This document shows positions 9,001 to 18,566 of a stretch of 64,000 nucleotides of DNA, piece after piece. The notes under the pieces are model-generated. The model searched no databases. It had not been told where the DNA came from and saw nothing but the letters and a program-made list of their open reading frames with translations. Position 1 is the stretch's first letter. Each line of letters begins with the position of its first letter. This DNA comes from an uncultured delta proteobacterium (GTDB taxonomy: Bacteria > Myxococcota > Kuafuiibacteriia > Kuafuiibacteriales > Kuafuiibacteriaceae): the NCBI GenBank assembly GCA_963803435.1, contig CAWDML010000001.1:2272001-2336000 (forward strand), written 5' to 3'. A program made the translations under genes and the position numbers.

Positions 9001-10494
9001 GTGGATCTCGCGATCGAACCCTCCCGCGCGCGCCGCGGCCTGTGGGCGATCGCGGCGCTGCTGGGCGGCGCGCTCGCGATGTCCCTCGAGATCGCCGCCG
9101 CACGTCTGGTCGCGCCGGCGCTGGGAAGCTCGATCGACGTCCTCGGGACCCTGATCAGCGTGATCCTCGGCGCGATGGCGCTCGGCTACGCGATCGGCGG
9201 CCGCGTCGCGGATCGGGCACGCGACGATCGGGTCATGTTCCTCGCGATCCTCGGCAGCGGCGTCCATCAGGTGGCCGCGCTCTTCTTCGCCGCACCGGTG
9301 CTGTCGTCGCTCGGCGCCTGGTCCGACTTCGCGGCGACCGCGCTCGCCATCTCGACGATCTTCGCGCCGCCGGTGCTGTTGCTCGCGGGCGTCGGTCCCT
9401 ACGTGATCCGTCTGTCCGCGCGAGGCGGCGCGGGCGCCGCCGCCGGTCGCGTCTACGCCCTGGGGACCGCGGGGAGCATCGCCGGCGTCCTCGGCACGAC
9501 GTTCGCGCTCCTCCCCGGCCTCGGCACGCGCGCGACGCTCCAGACGCTGGCCGGCCTCTCGCTCCTGCTCGGGATCGCCGGCCTGCTGCCGCGGCGATCC
9601 GCGATCGCCGGGCTCCTCTTCGCCGTCGCGATCCCGTATGCGCCACGCCGCGAGCGCCCGGCGCGGACCCGGTGGGTCGGCGAGTCCGTCTATCACGAGG
9701 TGCAGGTGGTGCAGCTCGGGCGCCTGCGCGGGCTGGTGCTCGATCACGAGCGCGACCTGCACACGGCGATCGATCCCGGCGGTGGACGGAGTGGCGGCTA
9801 CTGGGACGACTTCGCCGTCGGCCCGCTCCTCGCCGGCGGACATCGGGTGCTCGTGCTCGGGATGGGGGCCGGCGCCTCGATCCGCGCGGTGCGCTGGGCT
9901 GATCCGGACGCGATCATCGACGCAGTCGAGCTCGATCCGCTGGTCGTGCGCGTCGCCGCCGAGCAGTTCGGCGTGACGGACGGGCCTGGTCTCGCGATCC
10001 ACGTCGCCGACGCACGCCGGTTTGTAGCCCGGGACCACGGGCGCTACGACGTCATCCAAGCTGACCTCTTCCGGGGGGGCCCCGAGATCCCGGCGCACCT
10101 GGTGACCGTCGAGTTCTACGCGCTGATCCGATCCCACCTGGCGCGCGGCGGCGTGTTCATGCTGAACGTCTTCGATCTGGCGCCGGGACGCGCGCTGCTT
10201 CGAAGCGTGGCGGCCACCCTGGCGCGCGTGTTCCCGGCGGTGCTGGTGCGGTCGCGGGAGGGAAACCACCTCCTGCTCGCGTTTGCGGAGCCGCGGACCG
10301 CCGGCGAGGCGCAGGCCCGGCTCCTCGCGCCCGTGGGATCGTCGACCGTGACGGAGATCGCGAGCGAGGTCGCCGGCGCCCTGGCCCCGATGGCGTGGGC
10401 CGGCGGCGAGGTGCTCACCGACGACCGCGCGCCCATCGAGCGGCTGACGCGGGCGATGCTCTCCGAGGCCCGGGCCGCCCGCGTCCTCCCCTGA
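9001..10494 (+). CDS. Membrane-fused spermidine synthase-like SAM-dependent transferase (fused MFS/spermidine synthase family)
   Basis: About 7 N-terminal TM helices (LEIAAARLVAPALGSS, AGRVYALGTAGSIAG) followed by VLVLGMGAG, VELDPLVV, DARRFV, YDVIQADLF and PAHLVTVEFY. Confidence 0.88.
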   Translation: MDLAIEPSRARRGLWAIAALLGGALAMSLEIAAARLVAPALGSSIDVLGTLISVILGAMALGYAIGGRVADRARDDRVMFLAILGSGVHQVAALFFAAPVLSSLGAWSDFAATALAISTIFAPPVLLLAGVGPYVIRLSARGGAGAAAGRVYALGTAGSIAGVLGTTFALLPGLGTRATLQTLAGLSLLLGIAGLLPRRSAIAGLLFAVAIPYAPRRERPARTRWVGESVYHEVQVVQLGRLRGLVLDHERDLHTAIDPGGGRSGGYWDDFAVGPLLAGGHRVLVLGMGAGASIRAVRWADPDAIIDAVELDPLVVRVAAEQFGVTDGPGLAIHVADARRFVARDHGRYDVIQADLFRGGPEIPAHLVTVEFYALIRSHLARGGVFMLNVFDLAPGRALLRSVAATLARVFPAVLVRSREGNHLLLAFAEPRTAGEAQARLLAPVGSSTVTEIASEVAGALAPMAWAGGEVLTDDRAPIERLTRAMLSEARAARVLP

Positions 10495-10532
10495 CCGTTG
10501 ACACGTGACCCCGCCTGTTCCGTTCTCTGGGG

Positions 10533-13500
10533 ATGCCCGCTCTGCCCCTCCGGCGCGCGCTCGTCGCGATCAGCCTCACCGCCTCGCTCGGACTCCCGGC
10601 GGTCGCGTCGGCCTTCACCATCATTCCCAACGAGATCAGCATCGCGGACCTGACCACCACCGAGGGCAACGGCGGAACGAAGAGCTTCAACTTCGTGGTC
10701 ACGCTGACCCGCAACAACTGCGGCGTGTTCACGATCGACTACACCGCCCTCGCCGGCTCGGCGGTCGCGCCCGAAGACTTCGCGCCCACCTCCGGGACGC
10801 TGACGTTCGACGGCACGGTCACCTGCAATCCCACCGAGACTGCCCTCGTCACCGTCCCGGTCGTCGCCGACTCCACCGGCGAGCCCAACGAGACGTTCTC
10901 GGTCGTCCTGAGCAACGTGCAACCGGCGATCACCACGATCGTCGACGGCACCGCGGTCGGGACCATCACGAACGACGATGGCCCGCCGCCCGCCCTCTCG
11001 GTCGGCGACGTCTCGCTCCTCGAGGGCAACGCCGGAAACACCACGATGACCTTCACGGTGAGCCTCTCGAGCCCCAGCACGCTCCCGATCACGTTCAGCT
11101 ACTTCACGAGCCCAGGCAGCGCCACCACGCCCGCCGACTACGGGACCGTCAACGGCCGCCCCACGCTCGCGCCCGGACAGACCACCATGACCATCGGCGT
11201 CCCGATCGTGGGCGACACGACGGACGAGCCCGACGAGACGTTCACGATGAACCTGTCTGCGCCGACCAACTCGGTGATCGCGGATCCGAGCGGCGTCGGG
11301 ACGATCCTGGACGACGACGGGCCCACCATCTCGATCACGAACGCCGTCGTGACCGAGGGCGACAGCGGCAGCGTCAACGCGGTGTTCACCGTGACCCTCT
11401 CGACCAGCTCGCCGGACACGATCACCGTCGACTACGCCACCGCCAACGGAACGGCCACCGCCGGCTCGGACTACACCGCGCGGAGCGGCACGCTGACGTT
11501 CTCCGGCCGGGCCACCGTGCAGACGATCAGCGTGCCGGTGCTGGGCGATCTCCTCGACGAGGCCGACGAGACCTTCTTCGTGAACCTGAGCAACGCGGTG
11601 CAAGCGACGATCGCCGACAACCAGGGTCAGGGCACGATCACCGACGACGACCCGCCGCCGGCCCTCTCGATCGACGACCGCACGCTCGCCGAGAACGGCG
11701 GGACGATGACGTTCACGGTCTCGCTCTCGGCGCCGAGCGGTCGGACCGTGACGGTCGACTACGCCACCGCCAACGGGACCGCGGTCTCGCCCGCGGACTA
11801 CGCCCAGGCCAGCGGCACCCTCACGTTCGCGCCGGGGACCCTCACGCGCACGATCCCGATCGCGATCGCGAACGACGCCCTCGACGAGCCGAACGAGAGC
11901 TTCACCGTCGTCCTCAGCGGCGCCGTCAACGCCACCATCCAGGACGGCACCGGGGCCGGGACGATCACCGACGACGATCCCACGCCCACGCTCGCCATCG
12001 ACGACCGTACGGTGAGCGAAGGCGTCGGGACGATGACGTTCACCGTGACGTTGTCGGCGGCCAGCGGGCAGACCGTCACGGTCGACTATGCCAGCGCGAA
12101 CGGAACGGCGGTGGCACCGGGCGACTACACGGCCACCAGCGGCACCCTCACGTTCGCGCCCGGGGTAGTGACGCGGACGATCAACGTCATACTCATCGAC
12201 GACCTGCTCGACGAAGCCAACGAGACGCTGTCGATCAACCTCACGAACCCGACGAACGCGACGATCGCCGACGCCACCGGCGCCGGTACGATCACCGACG
12301 ACGACAACCCGCCAACGATCTCGATCGACGATCAGACCGCCGGCGAGGCCACGCCTGCGATGACGTTCACCGTCTCTCTGTCGGCGGCCAGCGGGCGCAC
12401 CGTGACCGTCGCCTACGCGACCGCGAACGGGACAGCCGTCGCACCCGGCGACTACACCGCGGTGAGCGGGACGCTGACGTTCACACCGGGCGTGCTGACG
12501 CGAACGATCCTGGTCAGCGTGGTGAACGACGCACTCGACGAGGCGAACGAGACGTTCTCGGTGATCCTGAGCGGGCCCACCAACGCCACCCTCCTCGACG
12601 GGACCGGCGACGGAACGATCAACGACGACGACCCCCCACCCTCGATCTCGATCGATGATCGAACGCTGGGCGAAGGCGGCGGCACCATGACCTTCTCGGT
12701 GACGCTCTCCGCGGCCAGCGGACGGACCGTGACGGTGAGCTACGCGACCGCCGACGGCACCGCGTCGTCGCCCGCCGACTACGCCTCGGTCTCCGGGACG
12801 CTCTCCTTCGCGCCCGGCGCGCTGACGCGCACGATCGACATCCCGATCGTGAGCGATACGTTGGACGAGGCCGACGAGACGTTCTCGGTGACGCTGACGA
12901 ACCCGACGAACGCAACCATCCAGGACGGGACCGGCGCCGGCACCATCACCGACGACGACGCGCCGCCCGCCCTCACCATCGACGATCGGACCGGTGGCGA
13001 GGGATCCGGCACGCTGACGTTCACCGTGACGCTCTCCGCGGCCAGCGGGCGGACCGTGACCGTCGCCTACGCGACCGCGAACGGGACGGCCCTCGCGCCC
13101 GGCGACTACACCGCCGCCTCCGGAATGCTGACCTTCGCGCCCGGAGTGTCGAGCCGGACGATCCCGATCGCGCTCGCCGACGATGCGCTCGACGAGGCCG
13201 ACGAGACCTTCTCCGTCGAGCTCACCAGCCCCACCAACGCCTCGATCCAGGATGGAACCGGCGCCGGCACCATCACCGACGACGATCCGGAGCCGGTCCT
13301 CTCCATTGCCGACCTCTCGCTGGCCGAGGGCGCGGGTCAGGCAGTCTTCACGGTGACGCTCTCCGGCCCCAGCGGGCGGCCGGTGACGGTGAGCTACGCG
13401 ACGATGGACGGCACCGCGGACGCGACCGACTACACCGGGGTGAGCGGGACGTTGACGTTCGCCCCCGGCGACACCGCCCGGACCGTGCCGGTCGCGCTCC

Positions 13501-14834
13501 TCGACGACACCACCGTTGAGCCCGACGAGACCTTCACGATCGACCTCACCTCCCCGGTCAACGCGACGCTCGCGGTCGCCTCGGCCACAGCGACCATCCT
13601 CGACGACGACGCTGCGCCCGACCTGACGGTCCTGGTCGACCTCACCGAGCCGTGGGGGGTGGGCGAGACTGTCGCGTATCGCGTGCGGGTCTCGAACGTG
13701 GGGACGGCGCCGACCAGCGGCGACGTCACGGTGACGCATCGCCTGCCCCCCGGGCTCGCGTTCGAGTCGGCCGCCGGCACCGGCTGGACCTGCTCGACGA
13801 CCGACGCCGCGCTCACCTGCGTTCGCGCCCTCCCGATCGACACCGGGGCCCCCGATCTCGAGATCGAAGCGACCGTCGGCCCCGAGGCGTATCCGGCGCT
13901 GACGATCACCGCGAGCGTCGCCTCCACGCGCGACTTCGATCCGACCAACAACACGACCTCCACCGACGTCTCGATCCTCGGCCTGGCCGACGTCTCGGTG
14001 GCGCTGGTGAACCTGGGCGAGGGCGCGACCCCGGGCGCGCCGATCGCCTACCGGATCACCGTGTCCAACGGAGGACCCAACACGCTCGATACGATCGCGC
14101 TCCTCGACATGCTCCCGGCCGACGTCCAGTCACCGGCGTTCACGCCCAGCCTCGGCGACTACGACGACACCACCGGATCGTGGAGCGGGCTCGACCTGAC
14201 CGCCGGCAGCACGGTGACGATGAACGTCCGTGGCACCGTCTCGGCCGAGGCCGAGGGCATCCTGGAGCACGAGGTCGACGTCCAGGTACCGGACACCTTC
14301 GTGGATCCGGACCTCGCGAACAACGTCGCGGTCCAGATGTCGGTCGTCGCCAAGGGCGAGGCCTGCGACGACGACGGCCTCGACGACGCCGAGGAGGCGG
14401 CGCTCGGCACCGATCCGTGCGATCCGGACACCGACCACGATGGCCTGCTCGACGGCATCGAGGTGCACGGCGACAATCCGACAAACCCGCTGGACGCCGA
14501 CAGCGACGACGACGGCCTCTGCGACGGCCCCGTCACCGTGGGCACCTGCATCGCAGGTGAGGACCTCAATGCGAACGGACGGGTCGACGCTGGTGAGACG
14601 GATCCGAACAATCCCGACTCCGACAACGGCGGTGTCTCCGACGGCGTCGAGGTCCGGCGCGGCAGCAGCCCGCTCGATCCCGATGACGACTTCCCGAAGA
14701 CCGAGGAAGAGAACCACCGGTCAGGCTGCGACTGTCGCGCGACCCACGCCGCGTCCCACGGCCTGCCCGGATCGCTGATCGGGCTCGCGATGGTAGCGCT
14801 GGTCACGCGGCGGAGGCGTCGTCGACAGCTCTAA
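10533..14834 (+). CDS. Giant cell-surface protein: ~9 Calx-beta repeats, two DUF11-like domains, TSP3-like Ca-binding repeats, MYXO-CTERM-like tail
   Basis: Signal peptide and nine ~110-aa repeats (TFTVTLS..VTVDYATANGTA..DY..SGTLTF..DEADETF..GTITDDD). DxDxDG repeats follow, then the C-terminus SGCDC...hydrophobic helix...RRRRRR. Confidence 0.92.
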   Translation: MPALPLRRALVAISLTASLGLPAVASAFTIIPNEISIADLTTTEGNGGTKSFNFVVTLTRNNCGVFTIDYTALAGSAVAPEDFAPTSGTLTFDGTVTCNPTETALVTVPVVADSTGEPNETFSVVLSNVQPAITTIVDGTAVGTITNDDGPPPALSVGDVSLLEGNAGNTTMTFTVSLSSPSTLPITFSYFTSPGSATTPADYGTVNGRPTLAPGQTTMTIGVPIVGDTTDEPDETFTMNLSAPTNSVIADPSGVGTILDDDGPTISITNAVVTEGDSGSVNAVFTVTLSTSSPDTITVDYATANGTATAGSDYTARSGTLTFSGRATVQTISVPVLGDLLDEADETFFVNLSNAVQATIADNQGQGTITDDDPPPALSIDDRTLAENGGTMTFTVSLSAPSGRTVTVDYATANGTAVSPADYAQASGTLTFAPGTLTRTIPIAIANDALDEPNESFTVVLSGAVNATIQDGTGAGTITDDDPTPTLAIDDRTVSEGVGTMTFTVTLSAASGQTVTVDYASANGTAVAPGDYTATSGTLTFAPGVVTRTINVILIDDLLDEANETLSINLTNPTNATIADATGAGTITDDDNPPTISIDDQTAGEATPAMTFTVSLSAASGRTVTVAYATANGTAVAPGDYTAVSGTLTFTPGVLTRTILVSVVNDALDEANETFSVILSGPTNATLLDGTGDGTINDDDPPPSISIDDRTLGEGGGTMTFSVTLSAASGRTVTVSYATADGTASSPADYASVSGTLSFAPGALTRTIDIPIVSDTLDEADETFSVTLTNPTNATIQDGTGAGTITDDDAPPALTIDDRTGGEGSGTLTFTVTLSAASGRTVTVAYATANGTALAPGDYTAASGMLTFAPGVSSRTIPIALADDALDEADETFSVELTSPTNASIQDGTGAGTITDDDPEPVLSIADLSLAEGAGQAVFTVTLSGPSGRPVTVSYATMDGTADATDYTGVSGTLTFAPGDTARTVPVALLDDTTVEPDETFTIDLTSPVNATLAVASATATILDDDAAPDLTVLVDLTEPWGVGETVAYRVRVSNVGTAPTSGDVTVTHRLPPGLAFESAAGTGWTCSTTDAALTCVRALPIDTGAPDLEIEATVGPEAYPALTITASVASTRDFDPTNNTTSTDVSILGLADVSVALVNLGEGATPGAPIAYRITVSNGGPNTLDTIALLDMLPADVQSPAFTPSLGDYDDTTGSWSGLDLTAGSTVTMNVRGTVSAEAEGILEHEVDVQVPDTFVDPDLANNVAVQMSVVAKGEACDDDGLDDAEEAALGTDPCDPDTDHDGLLDGIEVHGDNPTNPLDADSDDDGLCDGPVTVGTCIAGEDLNANGRVDAGETDPNNPDSDNGGVSDGVEVRRGSSPLDPDDDFPKTEEENHRSGCDCRATHAASHGLPGSLIGLAMVALVTRRRRRRQL

Positions 14835-15023
14835 CTCCCCGATATCTAGAGGAGATGCGCATAGTCTGGCACCCCACGACCACCTCCCCGGCGCCGGTCA
14901 TCCGCTCGGCACGCCGACCGCCGACTCCAGCGAGCTCGAGCTCGCGCGCTAACGTTCGTGGGCTGGTGGCAGGTTCGCCGGCGGAGGATCCGAACGCTCC
15001 GCCGGCGGCCTGCGACCGAAGCC

Positions 15024-18000
15024 TCAGCCCTGACGCTTCAGATCGTCCGTCCCCGTGAACTGGAGGAACGCCGGCTGGTCGCTCGGCGGCGGCTCCCAGT
15101 CGATCGACTTCTGCACCACCTTGATGCCGAGGCTCTCGAGCCACTTCGTGGGCGGGTTGGCGCCCAGCATGCAGTACACGTAGTCGTTCTCGATCTCGTC
15201 CCCGAGATCCAGCACCACGGTCTTCTCGGTGACCTTCTCCGGGTTGGCCTTGAAGTACGCCTTCACGCGCCCGCTCTTGATGAGCTCGCCGATCTTCTCC
15301 CGGTTGCCCTTCTTCGCCTTGTTGAAGGAGTCCTGCCGGTAGACGATGCAGACCTGGTTGCTCCCGCCGTGCACCTCGGCCATCTGGATGGCGGCCTCGA
15401 GCGCACTGTCGCCGCCGCCCACGACCATCACCTTGTGTCCGTTGTGCTCCTCGGCGTCGATCAGGCGGTAACGGACCTTCGGTAGGTCGTCGCCGGGCTT
15501 CCCCAGCCGCCGCGGATCGCCGCGGGTACCCGGCGCCAGGATCACGCGCAGGCAGGTGAACATGCCCTTCTTCGTCTTCACGGCGAAGCCATCGCCGTGC
15601 GGATCGATGTCGATGACCGACTCGCCGTACGCGATCGACAGCTTGGAGACGTCGTTCGACCAGCGTGCGATCGCCTCCTCCCGCGTGGTGTCGGCGATCC
15701 AGAGCGGCCCCATCAACCGCACGCCCTGCGGATAGTCCGGCGTCGGCGGCGGCGGCGACTCCATCAGCTTCTTCTTCTTCGGATAGTCCTGGATCGTGGA
15801 GGCGAACGTCTCCCGCTTCTCCAGGAGCACGTACCTGAGGTTCTCCTGGCGAGCCGTCATCGCCGCCGAGATCCCGGCCGGCCCGCTGCCCGCGATCACG
15901 ACCTCGTAGTCGACGCCCGCCCGGGCCGCCTGTCCGGGCGCCAGGCCCTCGTGGATCATGTGGTGCACGGTAAAGAAGCCGACGTTGATCCCGTTCTTCA
16001 CCAGCGGCTTGCCGGCTGCCTCGCCGATCACGTAGACGCCGCGATCGCCGCCCTTCACGCCGGTCTGGTAGTTCGGATCGATCGCGGGGCGCGGCTGCAT
16101 CGGCAGCGGCTTGTCCGGCTCCCACATCATCAGCGCCCCGGGACCGCAGACGTCGACGCAGATACCGCACTCGTGGCAGAGCTCGGGCGACCGCAGCACC
16201 GGCCGCTTCTCCTCCATCTCCAGCACCTGATAGGGGCACGCCTCGACGCAGTCCCCCGAGCCGGTACAGCGCGAGCCGAGCAGTCGGGGCAGGCGCTTGG
16301 CCTTGCCGCGCTCGACGCCGTCGCACTTGAGCGGCTCGACCTCGCTCGGGATCGACAGCGGCGACTCGCGCTCCTTGTCCTCCCACGCCGCGCGGCGCTT
16401 GAAGGCCGCGTGCCCGAAGAAGATGAGCCCCATCGGGACGAAGAGGAGGAGCAGCGTGGCCATGGCGGTGCCCGCCGGCGAGGGCGGGATCAAGGGCTCG
16501 GCGGCCGCCTTGGCCCACATCTCGCCGTGCTCGCGGTGGCACTGGCCGCACTGCTTGGAGTCGAGCGCCTTCACCGGGCCGTGGCAGCCGAAGCATGATC
16601 CCCACGGCGCCTCGCGCTCGCCGGTCCCGCCGGCGTGGCAGGCGGCGCACCCGCGGGCGAGCGTGCCGTGCGCCCGATGCAGCGCGACGCTCTCGTCCCC
16701 GCCGAGGCCCAGGTCGGCCCGGATGTTCGCGGTGGGGAAGACGCCCGCGCTCGCCGGCGGCTCCTGCTTCTTCACGACGGCGGAGACCTGCTTCATCTTC
16801 TGATGCCGGTCGGGGTGACAGCTGGCGCACTGCCCGTTCACCAGCGCCGCCACACCTCGCTCCCGCGGATGCTCGGCGTGGCACTGAGCGCACGCGCCGT
16901 CCTTCAGCGCCTCGAGCGCCAGGTGCTCGGGGCGGAGCGCAGCCTTCTGACCGGGATGGCAGCGCTCGCACTGCTCGTCGACCGGGCCGCGGAACTGCAG
17001 GTGGCAGGCGCCGCACGAGTCGGTCCCCGAGTCGAACTTCTCGGAGACCAACCGCGCGAACTCGGGCGAGCGGTGGCGCTCCGAGATCGGCCGGCGCAGG
17101 AAGGAGGATCCGCCGTCGAACATCAAGATCCCGGTGACCCCGAGGGCCAGCGCCACCCCGGTGCCCACCAGGAGCGGGAGCTGCCAGGTCCGCCGGACGT
17201 CGTGCGGCTCCTTCCAGACCAGCTTCTCGCGATCGACCTGCTGCCGGTCCTCGCGCTTCGCGATCTCGAAGTCGCCCGGGAGGCGGACCAGCGTCTGGAA
17301 CGGCGAGGACACCTCGACGTCCTTGACGTACTTGGGCACGTCGACGTCCGGCGCCTTGGGCGTGAAATCGATGTTGACGCGGTAGCCCTGGACCTCGAAG
17401 CGAAGCTCGTGCCCGCCGATGGTGGCGGTGTCCCCGTTCTTGAGCCGGATCTCGACCACGCGCGCACCGTCGACGTAGATCGGCGCGCCCTCGATCGCCG
17501 CCAGGTGGAAGACCGGCATGCGGAAGAAGATCTTCGCGTGCTTGCGCTCGACCTTCTGGTCGTCGATGAAGATCTCGCAGTCGGGATCGCGTCCCACCAC
17601 GATCGACTCGCCCTTCCGGACGGACCCCTGGAACGCGAAGATCGGCTGCTTGAGCACCACCGTCTCCATCGCGTCGGCGGCGTCCGTGTCGACGCCCGGG
17701 GCGAGGAACTCGATCTCGCTGGCGCCGATGGTGATCACCTGCCCGTGGCCGAGCACGGCCCCCACCTTGGGGATCCCGACCCCGTTGAGCCGCGGGAGAT
17801 CGTCGATCGGCTCCAGCCGGTGGCTCCCTCCGACCTTCGTGATCCGGAACGAGCGTAGCTTCACCTGCGGATCGGCGATGACGACGTCGTTGTTCTCGCC
17901 GCGCCCGATGGTGATGGGCCCGGCGTCGAAGAAGACCCGGCGCGCGTTGTGCGGCCCGCTCAGGAACACCAGCCGGGCCGGCAGCCCGTACTGTGCGAAC

Positions 18001-18566
18001 TCCTCGTCCTGGTCCTCGGACCCCGGATCGGGATCGACGACGATGGCCGCCGCCACCGACGGCGACTTGGTGTCGACGGTCTCGGCGCGCCGGCCGACCA
18101 TGTCGGTGTAGAAGACGTCCTCGATGGCCGGCTGGGAGGGCGAGTCGATGAGCGTGGCGTCGTCGGGGATGGCCGGCTTGCGGTAGGCCCGGACCTCCTG
18201 CGTCTGGACGTCCCGCTGGGTCGACAGCTTGGGCACCGAGAGCGCGATCGTCGGGCTGCTCTCGTCGAGCACCTCGGCCAACAGGATGATCGTGTCGCCG
18301 ATGTAGATCCGATCGCCGGCGCGGATCTGGACCGGCTGCTGGATGGGACGCGACTTCGGATCGTTGACGCGCGTCCCCTGCTCGCTCCCCAGATCCCGAA
18401 GGATCAGGCCGTGCGCGGTCTCGGAGATCATGCAGTGATCGAGGCTCGCCTTCGGATCGACGAGCACCACCTGGTTCAGCGGACCCTTGCCGAGCCGCAC
18501 CGATGATTCGGAGACCTCGACGTCCTGCCCCTCGCAGGGACCGTTCTCGAAGCGAAGGACCAGCAT
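15024..18566 (-). CDS. Fusion protein: 3 FHA-like domains, TM, 7-heme c domain, TM, 2x[4Fe-4S] ferredoxin, TrxR-fold FAD/NAD(P)H oxidoreductase
   Basis: FHA-like segments VRLGKG..SLDH, ITIGRG and VVGRDPDC..ERKH. Seven CxxCH lie between two hydrophobic helices. Fe-S motifs CTGSGDCVEACP and CHECGICVDVCG; Rossmann motifs GSGPAG and VVGGGDSALEAA. Confidence 0.92.
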   Translation of the reverse strand: MLVLRFENGPCEGQDVEVSESSVRLGKGPLNQVVLVDPKASLDHCMISETAHGLILRDLGSEQGTRVNDPKSRPIQQPVQIRAGDRIYIGDTIILLAEVLDESSPTIALSVPKLSTQRDVQTQEVRAYRKPAIPDDATLIDSPSQPAIEDVFYTDMVGRRAETVDTKSPSVAAAIVVDPDPGSEDQDEEFAQYGLPARLVFLSGPHNARRVFFDAGPITIGRGENNDVVIADPQVKLRSFRITKVGGSHRLEPIDDLPRLNGVGIPKVGAVLGHGQVITIGASEIEFLAPGVDTDAADAMETVVLKQPIFAFQGSVRKGESIVVGRDPDCEIFIDDQKVERKHAKIFFRMPVFHLAAIEGAPIYVDGARVVEIRLKNGDTATIGGHELRFEVQGYRVNIDFTPKAPDVDVPKYVKDVEVSSPFQTLVRLPGDFEIAKREDRQQVDREKLVWKEPHDVRRTWQLPLLVGTGVALALGVTGILMFDGGSSFLRRPISERHRSPEFARLVSEKFDSGTDSCGACHLQFRGPVDEQCERCHPGQKAALRPEHLALEALKDGACAQCHAEHPRERGVAALVNGQCASCHPDRHQKMKQVSAVVKKQEPPASAGVFPTANIRADLGLGGDESVALHRAHGTLARGCAACHAGGTGEREAPWGSCFGCHGPVKALDSKQCGQCHREHGEMWAKAAAEPLIPPSPAGTAMATLLLLFVPMGLIFFGHAAFKRRAAWEDKERESPLSIPSEVEPLKCDGVERGKAKRLPRLLGSRCTGSGDCVEACPYQVLEMEEKRPVLRSPELCHECGICVDVCGPGALMMWEPDKPLPMQPRPAIDPNYQTGVKGGDRGVYVIGEAAGKPLVKNGINVGFFTVHHMIHEGLAPGQAARAGVDYEVVIAGSGPAGISAAMTARQENLRYVLLEKRETFASTIQDYPKKKKLMESPPPPTPDYPQGVRLMGPLWIADTTREEAIARWSNDVSKLSIAYGESVIDIDPHGDGFAVKTKKGMFTCLRVILAPGTRGDPRRLGKPGDDLPKVRYRLIDAEEHNGHKVMVVGGGDSALEAAIQMAEVHGGSNQVCIVYRQDSFNKAKKGNREKIGELIKSGRVKAYFKANPEKVTEKTVVLDLGDEIENDYVYCMLGANPPTKWLESLGIKVVQKSIDWEPPPSDQPAFLQFTGTDDLKRQG

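Noticed and set aside
11640-13620. Near-identical ~330-bp DNA repeats as a mobile element or DGR template
   Set aside because: They are in-frame Calx-beta domain repeats, and the differences are mostly synonymous rather than adenine-specific.
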